A DNA stretch of 63,996 nt, counting the filler, from Trypethelium eluteriae (taxonomy: Eukaryota): assembly GCA_051942245.1 (NCBI GenBank). It is 3 parts of 3 records of this genome, joined end to end, with 100 filler letters (N's around TTAATTAATTAA, not from the genome) between each part and the next. Parts side by side here need not be neighbours in the genome. Positions count along the whole stretch, not along the records: positions 1 to 22,554 come from JAVECL010000442.1; positions 22,655 to 45,109 come from JAVECL010000443.1; 1 more part is not named here. One strand, given 5' to 3'. Each line of letters opens with the position of its first letter. The stretch's first letter is position 1. Under the pieces are notes generated by a model. The model was not told the DNA's origin. It made no database searches and worked only from the letters and a program-made list of their open reading frames with translations. This document shows positions 13,268 to 24,714 of this stretch, one piece after another. Both the position numbers and the translations under genes were made by a program.

Positions 13268-15935
13268 ATGACAGACCAGTCCCCAAGGACGAATATGCCT
13301 GCCGCAAGCAAGCAGTCCACTGGGAAAGCTACTGCTTCCACTACGCAGCCTCAAAGCACAGCAACAGATCAATTTGTGGCAGCCGATCAAGCCATGGAAA
13401 CGGGTTCTTCCGTTCCAAACCATCAAGTCGCAATGACAACCACTCCTCCCCGAATCACACATCAGCCTACCTTGACAGGCACGCTTTCTACTGTGGCCCA
13501 GCAGCCCACTGTGGCAGGTATGCTTACTACAACATATGAGACTGCACCAACCAGCAATCTTCCTGCTACTATCAATCAAACCATCGCGACGAGCAGCCCT
13601 TCATCGGACAATCATCCGACCACTACGCGAAATGTTCCTGCTGCAACTCACCGAAACATGACAACGAACCCTTCGACTCCGGCTAGTCAGCTCACTGTAA
13701 CCACCACACCTTCTCTTCAGGCCAGTCAAACGCCTAGGATAGGCGCTACTTCTGCGACAGTCCAACAACCTGCTGTGGCAGGACCATCGACTGCGATGGC
13801 TCAAACTCCTGTCGACCCAAATACTATCCCATCTGCCGTGCCGCCTCCGTACACTGAGCTTCGAGCGCATACGGCTAAATGCGAGAAATGCAATTCCAAA
13901 AATCGAGGCGTTGGCTGGCAATGCACGAAGTGCATCGTCAAATTCTGCCAAGCCTGTGTCGAGCAACTCGGCGAAGATCGACTCCGTCTATTCCATCCTC
14001 CATGTTTCAAGGTAGAGGAAACAGGCAAACCCAAGAGAAGGAGAAAGCGAGTGAGAGATTCCACTGATGACTCTTCGAAAGACGTCGGCTCTAGTGCAAC
14101 CAAGCCAGCACAGGGGCAAGGGTCGAACGAAGGGAAGCCGTCGAAAGCACCCAAACGCCAGAAGTCCGAAGAGCAACGAGATACTTCCGAAGTCATGAGT
14201 GCAGCGCCGACCACTGAGGCTTTGTCTAATGGAGTCAATAGCCAACAGCAGAATCAGACCTCTATGTGCTTGATGCAACCGGAATGCACACCTGTCCCGG
14301 ATGGAAAGCCACCGAAGAAGGTGCGCAAGCAGCGAGCCAAGCCGATCGTGCCCGCTGGGAGGCCAAACACGCGTTCCCAGGCAGCGCGTGTTGCCAATGC
14401 TTGCTTGTCTGGGGTGGTAAACGATATCATCGAGAAGAAGATCCTAGAGAACAAATTGAGCCCTCAGACGAAGGAAGAGGACATGCAGGATGTCGAGCAG
14501 TGTGGTATCGATGCTAAACTCTGTGGTTCAGAAGTCAACTACATTGCCCCATCCTGCCACATGGTGACAGACGACACTGTGGGCTCAAAGGTCTCTCCAG
14601 AATCAGCGGTGCGTCCGAAGGCGGAAGAAGCCTCCTCAACTCCGACTTCTGCTCCTACCAAGCCGACTCAACCAACGGTTGGGACTCTGGAGGACTTGAG
14701 CGAGCCACCTCTCCCAGATGGCATTTCATCAGTTGTCGTGAATTCAGGCGTCGTCGGTCTCTGCATCGCATACAAATTAGCCCAGCGGAACTACGAGACT
14801 AACAACGAACAGCCTGTTGTGGTCTTGGATCATCTCCCCACCCCGGAAGGCTCCGAGATGGGTGCCGGACGCATCGTTCCGTCAAACCGGTGGACGGAAG
14901 AAAGATTCAGCAGAAGATTGGCAAAGCGCTCTTTTTCCGAATGGAAGGACCTGCTGGGCAACAAACAGGTCGCGGATTACGTTCATTATCGCCCAAAACC
15001 ATCTGAAGATATACCGAATTGGCTCCGTGGTCAGGATGATGAATCAATCAAGGCTGAAATCATGCATGGAGGCTTCCACACTATGTAAGTATTACCATCA
15101 CTACTGAAGTATAGCATCAAGATTAACAGTATTTAGTAATCCCGCTCGTATGATGACTTGGTTGAGGCGTGCGTGTCACGAGTTCGGTGTGCGCTTTGTG
15201 AAGTGCCAACGTCTCATCCAAATCACGGACGACTTTCATGGAAAAGTGACCGGTGTCAAGTACCAAACCCCCAACAACACTACGACGCGCCACATCGCAT
15301 GCAGCAACGTCATCCTTGCCCTCGGCGACTCCACCGAAGAAGTCTTGCAAGATATCTACGGCAATAATGGCCAGCTACGCTTCAGCTTCCAACATGAGGC
15401 TCAAGACTGGGCGACTCTACGCGATCCTTGGCCTGAACCTGAGCCTTGCGTCTTTTGTGCGGACAAGCTGGTGGGATTTCCAATGGACATTGTGAATCGT
15501 GGGGATGGCACGTTCTGGATGGGAGCTAAGATCGTGAAGCGCTCTCAGCCAAAAAGTTCCGGTCCCAATCACAAAATACTTGGGAGAATGCAGGAAGCAA
15601 CCAAGAAGGTCGTGAAAGGCCCATCTGAGGATGGCATATTCGAGGCAAAGATCACGAAGTCAGGGCGCAACTACTATAGTCGCACACAGTCTGGTGTTCC
15701 GATCATCTCCAAAGTCCCCATCTCCTACCTTGACCCCTATCGCGTCTACAGCCAGGAGGATCTATCGCATCCGGGTGGATTGTTTCTCTGTGCAGGATAT
15801 GGTGAGGAGGGTCTGGCTATGGGAATGGGAATTGGGCAATTTGTTATGAGTATGATGAAACGGGAGGCATTGCAGAAGGAAGTGGAAGCGTTTAGTGTGG
15901 CTCACTATCTCGAGTCAGACCCGAATGCGAGTTGA
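13268..15935 (+). CDS. ~871-aa protein: Thr/Pro-rich N-terminus, ZZ-like Cys6 zinc finger, basic NLS and C-terminal divergent FAD-dependent oxidoreductase (DAO-family-like) domain
   Basis: Exons 13268-15084 and 15137-15935 (GTAAGT...TAG, in frame: FHT-I-NPARMMTWL). CEKC-x10-CTKC-x4-CQAC, KPKRRRKR, Rossmann-like VVVNSGVVGLCIAYKLA, VILALG, GVPIISKV and GLFLCAGYGEEGLAMGMGIG. Confidence 0.7.
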
Positions 15936-16541
15936 GAGACTCCCCAACTCGCTAGGCATGGAATTGGTTTGCTGCGATTTGTGATTTGGTCAGATTGTCG
16001 AGGAGTTTCTGGGCTTAACGGAATGATTGCAGGCTCTTTGTATCAATAATTGGTCACTGTCAATGGCATAATTGCCCTTCATTTGGCCGCGACCAGTATT
16101 ATTAATGACCAGACTCAGCAAGTCGCCTACAGTGAAGCCACGAGCCAAAGAATTCTGCTAGCGAGAGCTCCTGCATAGTTTTGCTTGCAATCTGTAAGCT
16201 ACGACTGTGAAACGAGACTAGTGTCACGCCCGAGGAATCAAGAAGACCCAATCAAATTGACAAATGTGTTTAGCACTTGCCTATCTCTGCAAATCATTGA
16301 CACAATGTCATTTTTATTCTCCTTTGATTTACCTAAGCAAGTGCCGTGATTAATAATGTATATGCATAGAATGAATGGCTGCTAAGATCTACCACCCTTG
16401 TTCGGCCCGATGGACTTCACCGAAGCCCAAAGTGACGCCATCTAGTAAACAGTTTATGAGAGCTTGATCGCCGGCAAAAATGTGTTCATCTTCTGTCGCA
16501 AGCTTTCAAAGTTCGGTGCAAAACGCTTATCATCATCCGAG

Positions 16542-18101
16542 ATGTCTTCCTCGTCGCACGCTCATCACGCAGTCACAGTTAAGGTTCAGGGAGAGCCTCA
16601 CAATGTCAACAAAGCTGCTCCAGGAGTAAGAAACTAGTTTTCTCCCCGAGTGTATTTTTCGTGCCATCCAAAACTAATCAAGCTTATTTGAAGATATCGT
16701 ACTTCACGCCTGCGCAGGAGCCACCAGCGGGGACGGCATTGGGCATGAAAGAGGATGGCAAGCCAATTCCCAAGCTCTTTCAATCACTTAAACTACGGGG
16801 CTTGACGCTCCAGAATCGGATCATGGTAAGACACCCTTGACAATTTAAGATTATTTCTTTTCTTCTTCCGTCTTTTGGGCTCTTACCTGGGCCAAGAGCT
16901 TGCAATGTGACGATAATTTAAAGATTCTGCTAGCGCGTCAGGACTTGCCGCATGCTTCGCTGTTTTGTTGACTATTCGCTAGGTCTCGCCAATGTGTCAG
17001 TATTCGGCTCCTGATGGGCATTTCACCATGTGGCACTGGACCCATCTTGGAGGAATTGTCCAGCGAGGGCCAGGCATCACTTTCATCGAGGCCACTGCAA
17101 TTACACCGGAAGGCAGGATTACGCCGGAGGATTCTGGCCTCTGGAAAGACTCGCAGGTTGCGCCTCTGAAACAGATCGTGGAGTTCACGCATATTCAGGG
17201 ACAAAAGATAGGAATCCAGCTCGGCCATGCTGGTAGAAAGGCAAGCACGGTAGCACCGTGGTTGAGTTCTGGAGATATCGCTGGGGAGGAACTCAACGGA
17301 TGGCCCAATGCAGTAGTTGCGCCCACTGCCGTCCCTTTCAACGAGCGCCACGCGAAGCCCCATGCACTGACTATCGCCGATATCACTGCGCTCAAAAAGG
17401 CATTCGCTGCATCAGTACAACGTGCTTTGTCTGCGGGTTTCGATGCAGTCGAGATTCACGCAGCACACGGCTACCTAATACATGAGTTTCTCTCGCCTGT
17501 TGTAAACGACCGAACAGATGAATATGGTGGTAGCTTCGAGAATCGGACTCGCTTTCTTCTTGAGCTCGTTGACCTTGTGAGGGCAGAGCTACCTACTGAG
17601 ATGCCCCTCTTTGTTAGGGTCAGTGCCACAGATTGGTTAGAGGAGGTCGAAGAATTCAAGGGTAAAGAGACGTGGACTCTTGAACAAACAGTCGAACTTG
17701 CCAGAATTTTAGCTCAGCGTGGAGTCGATCTTTTGGACGTGTCATCCGGTGGTGCTCATCCTGCGCAAAAGATCAAAGGAGGACCCGGTTACCAAGCGCC
17801 GTTTGCACGCGCGATCAAGAAAGCCGTTGGGGACGCTATGGCAGTCGGAACGGTCGGAACGATTACCAATGGAGTGCAAGCAAACGACCTGTTAGAGGGC
17901 AAAGGAGATAACCAGCCCTTGGATTTGGCCATCGCTGGGAGAGCTTTTCAGAAAAATCCTGGTTTAGCGTGGGCTTGGGCTGATGATCTTGGTGTTGAGG
18001 TAAACTGGGCGAATCAAATCCGATGGGGATTTGGTGGAAGGGGGAAGAAGAAGACAGATGAAAAGACAAAGTCGCAAGAGGCTGGAAAGGAAAAGTTGTG
18101 A
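16542..18101 (+). CDS. NADH:flavin oxidoreductase (old yellow enzyme, YqjM/NamA-like)
   Basis: Exons 16542-16625, 16694-16825, 16983-18101. Motifs YFTPAQEPPAG, NRIMVSPMCQYS, QLGHAGRK, EIHAAHGYL and RTDEYGGSFENR. Confidence 0.95.
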
Positions 18102-19196
18102 GACAAGCATTTCCGCCGGTCCCTTTCGCTGGTCTATTTCCTACTCCATACATGCGTTTGGATAGAAGTAGAAGGAATAAAGTTGAAGAATTGATGTTTG
18201 GACGCACTCGATTTGGCTTCCAAAAGCCAGAACGCTTGGGAGATGCTTCCAGGAGACAAGCCTGCTAAAAACGGCAACTTCGGGAGTAAACAGAGCAAAC
18301 CCCACCACCCAATGTTTGTCGAGTAAGCCGATTAAGTCGTGCAGGTGGCGCGGGTAAAATTTTCCGCGGCGGTCCCAACCGGTGGCACTATCCAGGTACT
18401 AGTGTATTCGTGATTGCCGATCCGATTCCCTTTAGTGGAGCTGTAGAGCAAGGGAACCTCGCCCGTTTCCAAACCTATGCCTCTTAGGTAACTCTACGCC
18501 TGATGTTCCACACTCCCATATCGAAAGGCGACTCGATGGAGCTCAGGCAGCCGCCATCTTTGTCGGCCTTATCGCAGAGCGTTGGGAGTCGAATCAAGCC
18601 AAAGCACTGGAGCACATCGAACACGATTCAACGTGTACACAGTGCCACTCGAATCCGGAACGCATCTGCGGTACCCAGTGACCCACAATACGTGCCATTC
18701 GTAGTCAGATTATTTTGCCCTGAGCCAAAATTATGGGTCTGTATCTGTAAAGGGTGCGCGAGCTTTACGTCATTGCATCTTCAGTCCCATACGCCAGTCG
18801 ATTGTATCGTAGCATGTCGTTGGCCTCCTGAAAAGTTAGAGGACTTTAATGACTGGAAAGATCGATCTTCAGATGCTGGGTTAATCTTGAGTCCTGCCGA
18901 ATGTTTTGACTCGCAATCGATCCATAAAATATCATTTGGGACGTTCTGGTACGACAACGCTACTATATGTTCTCATGGGTGAGTATTACTCAATTGCCAC
19001 AACCTTCTCAACGCACTCACGCATATTGGATACGGGGAGCACTCTCTTTTCTTGCCCCTGCAATACCTAGCTTTCCAGTACTTTTCTATCGACATCATTG
19101 GTGGGTCCTTTTGTGACAAAGGACGTACCTTTTCCAGTGACACCGCAAACGGCAAAAAGCCCCCGCCTATTCTTATCGGTCTAGCAATTCGACGAA

Positions 19197-21947
19197 ATGG
19201 CCGACACACCTCTTTCAGAGGAGACGGGCAATAATAGCCCGTACAACCTTGAATTCGATCGTACCCTCGCTCATGAAGCAGGAATGGACAGCTCTAACCC
19301 TCCTGCACTTCGAAACACCTCCAACTCGTCTTCTCAACCATCATGGCGGCCGAGAGAAAAGAAGAGAGTAGGATTCACGCGGGATGGGGAGTCTGTCGAT
19401 GTTCGGAACCAGCGTTCCAGCGTCAACATTATTGACGAGAATCAGTCGCACTCTAGGAGTGCTGAAGAAGGGTCTCTGCGTAGCACCCCATTACACTCAA
19501 GGCAAGGGAGTAACAGCCCACCGTTCGAGTCTGGCTTCGATAGGGGCTCCAGGGCTAATACACCCAATTACGCCTCCTCGTCTGCCCGTAAACCAAAGCC
19601 TGCAATACGAAAGGGTATCTCTACCAACGGAGCTTCCCAGGATGCTATACAGATGGATCTCAATGCCGTATCCCAAAAGCTATCTAATGAACAGACGCAT
19701 GCCGACGCGAAATCCCGAGAGGCCCACGAGGCGGCTAAGAAACTGGAAATGGATGAATCAGCCTCTTTTCCCAGTTCGATTAGAAGTTCATTTGATTCGC
19801 CGCCTATCAATCCCTCTGATCGTGTGGATGATATACCTTTGATAGCTCTCGGACGGGAGGAGCATGCCGGACTTCGAAGAGCGAATACCCTCGCAGAAGC
19901 ACGAAAGCTGGTGAAAACTCACACACAGAAGCAACGGCCATACCATGATATTGAGAGGGGCCAGGTATCTGGCTCCACGACTCCAATCGAAGAGCAGGAC
20001 ATGGTCGATCATTATGTACCAAGACCAAAGCGGTACCGTGGAGGCATTCTATCTTCACTCATGAAGTTGTACAATCCTCCTGGCCACCACGGGCACGCTC
20101 CTTCTGTAAGCGCTATTTCCACTCCCGCGGAATCTCCTCGTCACTCGCCTCCAACATCCGGAGCTTCTACGCCTTTGAAGAGTATCAAAGATTGGTATCA
20201 TGATCATCACACCGGTGAGTCGACGCCAACTCTACTTGGTCGATTAGTTGAGAGCTCAGCATCATTGGGAGCTCCTGCAACTGCAGATATCGGAGAGGAG
20301 GTTGCAAAGAAACTAAAACAAAGTCGTCCGGTCCACAAAAGATCAAGAAGCAGTAATGCTCTGGACACAGCTTTCAAGAAGATGGGCCACAAGTCCCAGA
20401 AAGAGGGGTTGGATCATCAAACAAAAATCACCATACACATTTCTGAGGTCATCCAACGCCAACGCTATCTACTTAGATTGTGCCGAGCTTTGATGCAATA
20501 TGGAGCACCGACGCATCGCTTAGAGGAGTACATGAAAATGTCAGCACGCGTCCTCGAAATAGAAGGCCAGTTCTATTACATCCCCGGATGTATGATCGTT
20601 TCTTTTGACGATTCGACCACCCACACGACCGAAGTTAAACTGGTCCGTGTCTCTCAGGCAGTCGATCTCGGAAAGTTGAGTGACACTCACGACATCTATA
20701 AAGAAGTCGTACATGACCAAATTGATGCCAAGGAAGGTTACGAAAAGCTCAATCAGGTGTTGAAGCGGCCAAGCAAGCACAAACCCTGGTTGCTTGTGCC
20801 TGTGTTTGGTTGTGCGGCAGCTGCGGTTGGACCTTTTGCGTTTGGAGCTCGACTCATCGACCTACCTATCGCTTTCTTGTTAGGCTGCATTCTGGGTATC
20901 CTGCAGCTGATCGTTGCCCCTGCTTCGGAAACCTACTCCAATGTCTTCGAAATAAGCGCCGCCGTTCTCACCTCCTTCCTTGCTCGAGCTTTTGGTTCCA
21001 TCAAGGGAGGCAGTGTGTTTTGCTTTTCTGCCCTTGCACAATCATCGATCGCCTTGATCCTCCCTGGATATATCGTCTTGTGCGCTTCATTGGAGCTCCA
21101 ATCTCGGTCAATAGTGGCCGGCTCTGTTCGCATGGTATACGCCATCATCTACTCCCTCTTCCTAGGATTCGGCATCACAGTCGGCACCGCCGTGTACGGC
21201 GTCCTCGACCGCAAAGCCACCTCCGCTTCGACCTGCGAGCACCCGTCTTCAAGCTACCTCATCTTCCTCTCCGTCCCGTGCTTCACCCTCTGCCTCTGCA
21301 TCATCAACCAAGCCAAATGGAAGCAGACCCCGATCATGATCATCATCGCCTTCGCAGGCTACCTCATCAACTACTTCACCTCCAAGCAGTTCCCCGGCAA
21401 CACCCAAGTCAGCCAGACCCTCGCCGCCTTCGCCATCGGCCTCATGGCCAACCTCTACTCCCGCCTCGGCGGCCCCGCCCGCAACCTCTCCCTCGACATC
21501 TGGGAGCATCGCTTGCGGCCCTGGCTCAAGCGCACCTGGCGCAAGCGGTCCGACCTCAAGAACAAGCTGTCGAAGCAGGAGTCTGCCACCGAGCCTACCC
21601 GTTCCGGCAGTACGGATGGAAAATACCATGCGCGTGCCTTGGGATTCGGTCTCGCGGCGGCGTCGATGCTCCCGGCCATCTTTGTGCAGGTCCCGTCAGG
21701 CTTGTCGGTGGGCGGTTCGCTGGTCTCGGGGATTGCGTCGGCGAATCAGATTACGGGGCATAATGGTACTGCGAATGGAACGACGGTGGTGAGCTCGGCG
21801 ACGGATAGTGCGGGCTTGAATAGTTCGGTGTTTAATGTGGGCTACAGTGTGATCCAGATCGCGATTGGCATTACCTGCGGGTTGTTCTTTTCTGCGTTGG
21901 CGGTGTATCCGTTCGGAAAGAAAAGAAGTGCCTTGTTTAGCTTTTGA
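19197..21947 (+). CDS. PRM10: Pheromone-regulated membrane protein 10 / ThrE (DUF1212) family multi-TM protein
   Basis: 916-aa intronless ORF. LCRALMQYGAPTHRLEEYM, VDLGKL.DTH, ALAQSSIALILPGY and LPAIFVQVPSG motifs, ~10 TM segments, C-terminal KKRSALFSF. Confidence 0.92.
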   Translation: MADTPLSEETGNNSPYNLEFDRTLAHEAGMDSSNPPALRNTSNSSSQPSWRPREKKRVGFTRDGESVDVRNQRSSVNIIDENQSHSRSAEEGSLRSTPLHSRQGSNSPPFESGFDRGSRANTPNYASSSARKPKPAIRKGISTNGASQDAIQMDLNAVSQKLSNEQTHADAKSREAHEAAKKLEMDESASFPSSIRSSFDSPPINPSDRVDDIPLIALGREEHAGLRRANTLAEARKLVKTHTQKQRPYHDIERGQVSGSTTPIEEQDMVDHYVPRPKRYRGGILSSLMKLYNPPGHHGHAPSVSAISTPAESPRHSPPTSGASTPLKSIKDWYHDHHTGESTPTLLGRLVESSASLGAPATADIGEEVAKKLKQSRPVHKRSRSSNALDTAFKKMGHKSQKEGLDHQTKITIHISEVIQRQRYLLRLCRALMQYGAPTHRLEEYMKMSARVLEIEGQFYYIPGCMIVSFDDSTTHTTEVKLVRVSQAVDLGKLSDTHDIYKEVVHDQIDAKEGYEKLNQVLKRPSKHKPWLLVPVFGCAAAAVGPFAFGARLIDLPIAFLLGCILGILQLIVAPASETYSNVFEISAAVLTSFLARAFGSIKGGSVFCFSALAQSSIALILPGYIVLCASLELQSRSIVAGSVRMVYAIIYSLFLGFGITVGTAVYGVLDRKATSASTCEHPSSSYLIFLSVPCFTLCLCIINQAKWKQTPIMIIIAFAGYLINYFTSKQFPGNTQVSQTLAAFAIGLMANLYSRLGGPARNLSLDIWEHRLRPWLKRTWRKRSDLKNKLSKQESATEPTRSGSTDGKYHARALGFGLAAASMLPAIFVQVPSGLSVGGSLVSGIASANQITGHNGTANGTTVVSSATDSAGLNSSVFNVGYSVIQIAIGITCGLFFSALAVYPFGKKRSALFSF

Positions 21948-22554
21948 TTTTTTTGTTGTATCAAATATGATTGCTCCACCCATCGACAGGCAAGGGTGCT
22001 ACTTGTACATGCGTTCCTACAGTTTTTGCTAAGGTCAACTTTACCTTTGGCAAGGGCATCTTTTATTGATATGACCTGACGGCTTTTTGTAGATTAGAGT
22101 TGCTGAGTCTGGCTTTGGCTGAGCTTGCATGCCCTACGAGGGAAATCCATTATCAATGGGCTGTAGAATATATACAGACAAATGGACACTAAATATTAGA
22201 TGTCAAAGCATAGCTGTATTAGAAACTCACGTCGCGGGTATGTATGAACGAATATCGTATCTACAACTTCTGTTGTGGTGGATGGTGACCAACCTTTATC
22301 GCTAATGTCGATGATGAAGGAATAGGAATGTGCTCATATCTCATACAATCCCCATGCAAGCCCAGTCGTGGAGTAGACGGCGTCTAAACCTATACAGATT
22401 AATTAACCCAAAACCAGCATAACTCACTGCGTACGTTGTATATGTCACACCCGCCATAACGCAATAGCCTTCCGTCAATCCTCCACGCCCCCATCCAACA
22501 TCCCCCACATCCGCCGACAGATCTCCTGCACCTCATCTCTCCCCCTCTGCTCTC

Positions 22555-22654
22555 NNNNNNNNNNNNNNNNNNNNNNNNNNNNNNNNNNNNNNNNNNNNTT
22601 AATTAATTAANNNNNNNNNNNNNNNNNNNNNNNNNNNNNNNNNNNNNNNNNNNN
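22555..22654. other. Assembly gap with artificial all-frame stop linker
   Basis: 44 N + TTAATTAATTAA + 44 N. Confidence 0.98.
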
Positions 22655-23375
22655 GGGAAGGGGGGGATGGAGGTTTTAGAGCCGGCTGGAGGTCTGATGG
22701 GGTTCCCGTCCGTGGAAGTCGGGGCTTGACTGGGTGTTTGGGTGCGTGTTTGCTGGATCGAAGTTGCTTGTGTGATGGATGAAAGGCCAGCTTTACAGCA
22801 CTTTCAGACAATGCGAACCACGACAGTGACGACTTAGAGTCTTTACGTTGCTAGAATGCTAAATACCACTTTGACTTTCTGCACAGCGACTCCTATTTAT
22901 GGTATGTGATCAGACATGTGGCCTCCGCTCTCTCCTTCCCTATGTCCTCCATCCCAGCTATAGAGCATAAAGTCGCAGATTTTGAGCGTATTCTATGGCC
23001 CATTGGCGACAACTTCGGTAATGAATGCAAGGAACTAGAAACAGCGTGTTTGGCCGCGAGGATGTAATTGAGGTCAGGGGTGACATTTGGCGGGAGCTAC
23101 TACGGACCAGAATGGAGCGATGAGGTTGAGAGCGGGTGCGGCATTGGTGGGGCCGCGGAATGGAGAGTATTGAAAGGGGAACTACTCTGTTCTAGGATCG
23201 GAAAGGAAAAGTTTTGATCGTCTCTCTTTCTCTCATGCATTTCTATGGAAAGGAATGCTGTATGGACTGTTCGTTGTTCTAAACTGAATTGGGAGTCCCA
23301 AATGAGAGACGTTGATGGCCATCCACAAAAGAGAGGCCCTTGGAACGAATATCGTCGGTCATGTGTCTTATTGTC

Positions 23376-24714
23376 TTACGAGCAGTCATCAAGAGCATCT
23401 TTCCTAGAATTATGATCAACATTCGTATTGCCCCCAGCCATCTCAATCTCATGACCGAGACTATCCGCCCGCCAGTCAACTCCGACGTTCCACTCTTCGC
23501 TATTGGCCTTTCCTCTGTCATAATGCTGTAGTAAATGGTCCCGCCACTTCTGATATTTCGCGAAACGTTGCGAGCAGAAGCCACAATGCAGGAAGCCATC
23601 CGGCTTTTGAGGATAACTCGACCTTTCTTCGACGTCGGCGATATCAGACTGGGACCTCTTGTGAGCTTTCTTCACATGATCACGGAACTTATCAACTCGA
23701 TGCTCCGTGAATGGGAGAGGTAGACCAGCAGTCTGACAATCGGCGCAGACGTAGATTTTACGAGGCTGTCGAAGATCCATGTGGCGTTGCCAGCTTTCTC
23801 GTAGGTTCGTTCGATAGTTGCAAGACTTTGAGGTACATTGGAAAGGCCCACGGAGATTCCGCTTTCTCCGCTGGAGAGTATCACAGCTCCTCTGGGTAGC
23901 TTGCTCACAGTAGGATTTCAGAGCTGCCGCTGTAGCTGTGCTTATCGACTTCGAACTGTTCATCGGCATCATAGGAGTCGGCGTCAGTGGCGGTGAAAGC
24001 CGAGCCTCAGTTGGACGCTCCTTCGTAATGTACTCAGCCAAAGTGCCAACTTTAACGTCAATACAGTCGGCGAAACGCTCAATTAGTTCAAGGCTGGGAT
24101 CCTGAAACTTTCCATGCCTGGACTGAAATCGCGGCAAGTTCAGCCACAAGCGGGCGAGCTCTCGTTGTTCATCGGCGATGGAATAATTTTGGGGAGGCTG
24201 AAGGAACTCAGATCCGCCTGATGAAGTAGGAGGAGGGTCGGCACTCGTGCTTCTCGTTCTCCGCCGTCGCTTGCGTCTTCCTTGTTGATTCGTGGTTTCG
24301 GTTTCAATTGCTGTTGTTGGAAAAGAGCGAGCTGCTGGAAGACTTCCAACAGAGTTTGAAGAGGTCAGTACCTGCTCGGATGTGTGCGTAACGAAGCCGG
24401 CAGCTGGCGGAGGAACGCTTCCTAAGTCCCCTGTCTGAGGGGGAACGAATAGAGGCTGGATATCATGAGTTAAAGGAAGAGTGTACTTCGCGGCCTGATG
24501 TACCTACCATATCGTTCGAAAACTGTGCTATCTCCTGTAGAAGAGCCGGTGAGAGGACTTCATCTTGCGAAGAGAGATTGCCATCCAACGGGCCTGCTTT
24601 TTTGTTTGAGCTCGGTGGGGTCGTCGGGAATGAAATGGAACTGTGGTGTGGCCACGTAAAGGTGTCTTTTGCCCAGCAGTCGTCTGACCAAGAACCGCTG
24701 CCCAGTGGCTCCAT
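23376..24714 (-). CDS. C2H2 zinc-finger transcription factor (~428 aa)
   Basis: Exons 24714-24508 and 24455-23376 (ATG|GTAGGT...CCAG, phase 0). NLS GRRKRRRR. Fingers FQCTSKSC...WQRH, CADC...FRDHVKKAH and CGFC...WRDHLLQH. Confidence 0.75.

Noticed and set aside
10153..18101. First P450 and flavin oxidoreductase as members of the PKS cluster
   Set aside because: They lie about 10-18 kb from the PKS, separated by PRM10 and a contig gap; the only link is one shared promoter motif.
20810..21763. 317-aa His/Pro/Arg-rich ORF overlapping PRM10; similar ones at 59689-60090 and 62051-62362
   Set aside because: Alternate-frame artefacts of the C/G-skewed tracts, which are depleted of stop codons.
22599..22610. 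TTAATTAATTAA palindrome (also 45154-45165)
   Set aside because: Centred in identical N runs; an artificial contig linker, not biology.
22440..23100. Possible minus-strand gene spanning gap 1
   Set aside because: Some splice-like signals and an open tail (…EICRRMWGMLDGGVED*), but no consistent model and no recognisable family.
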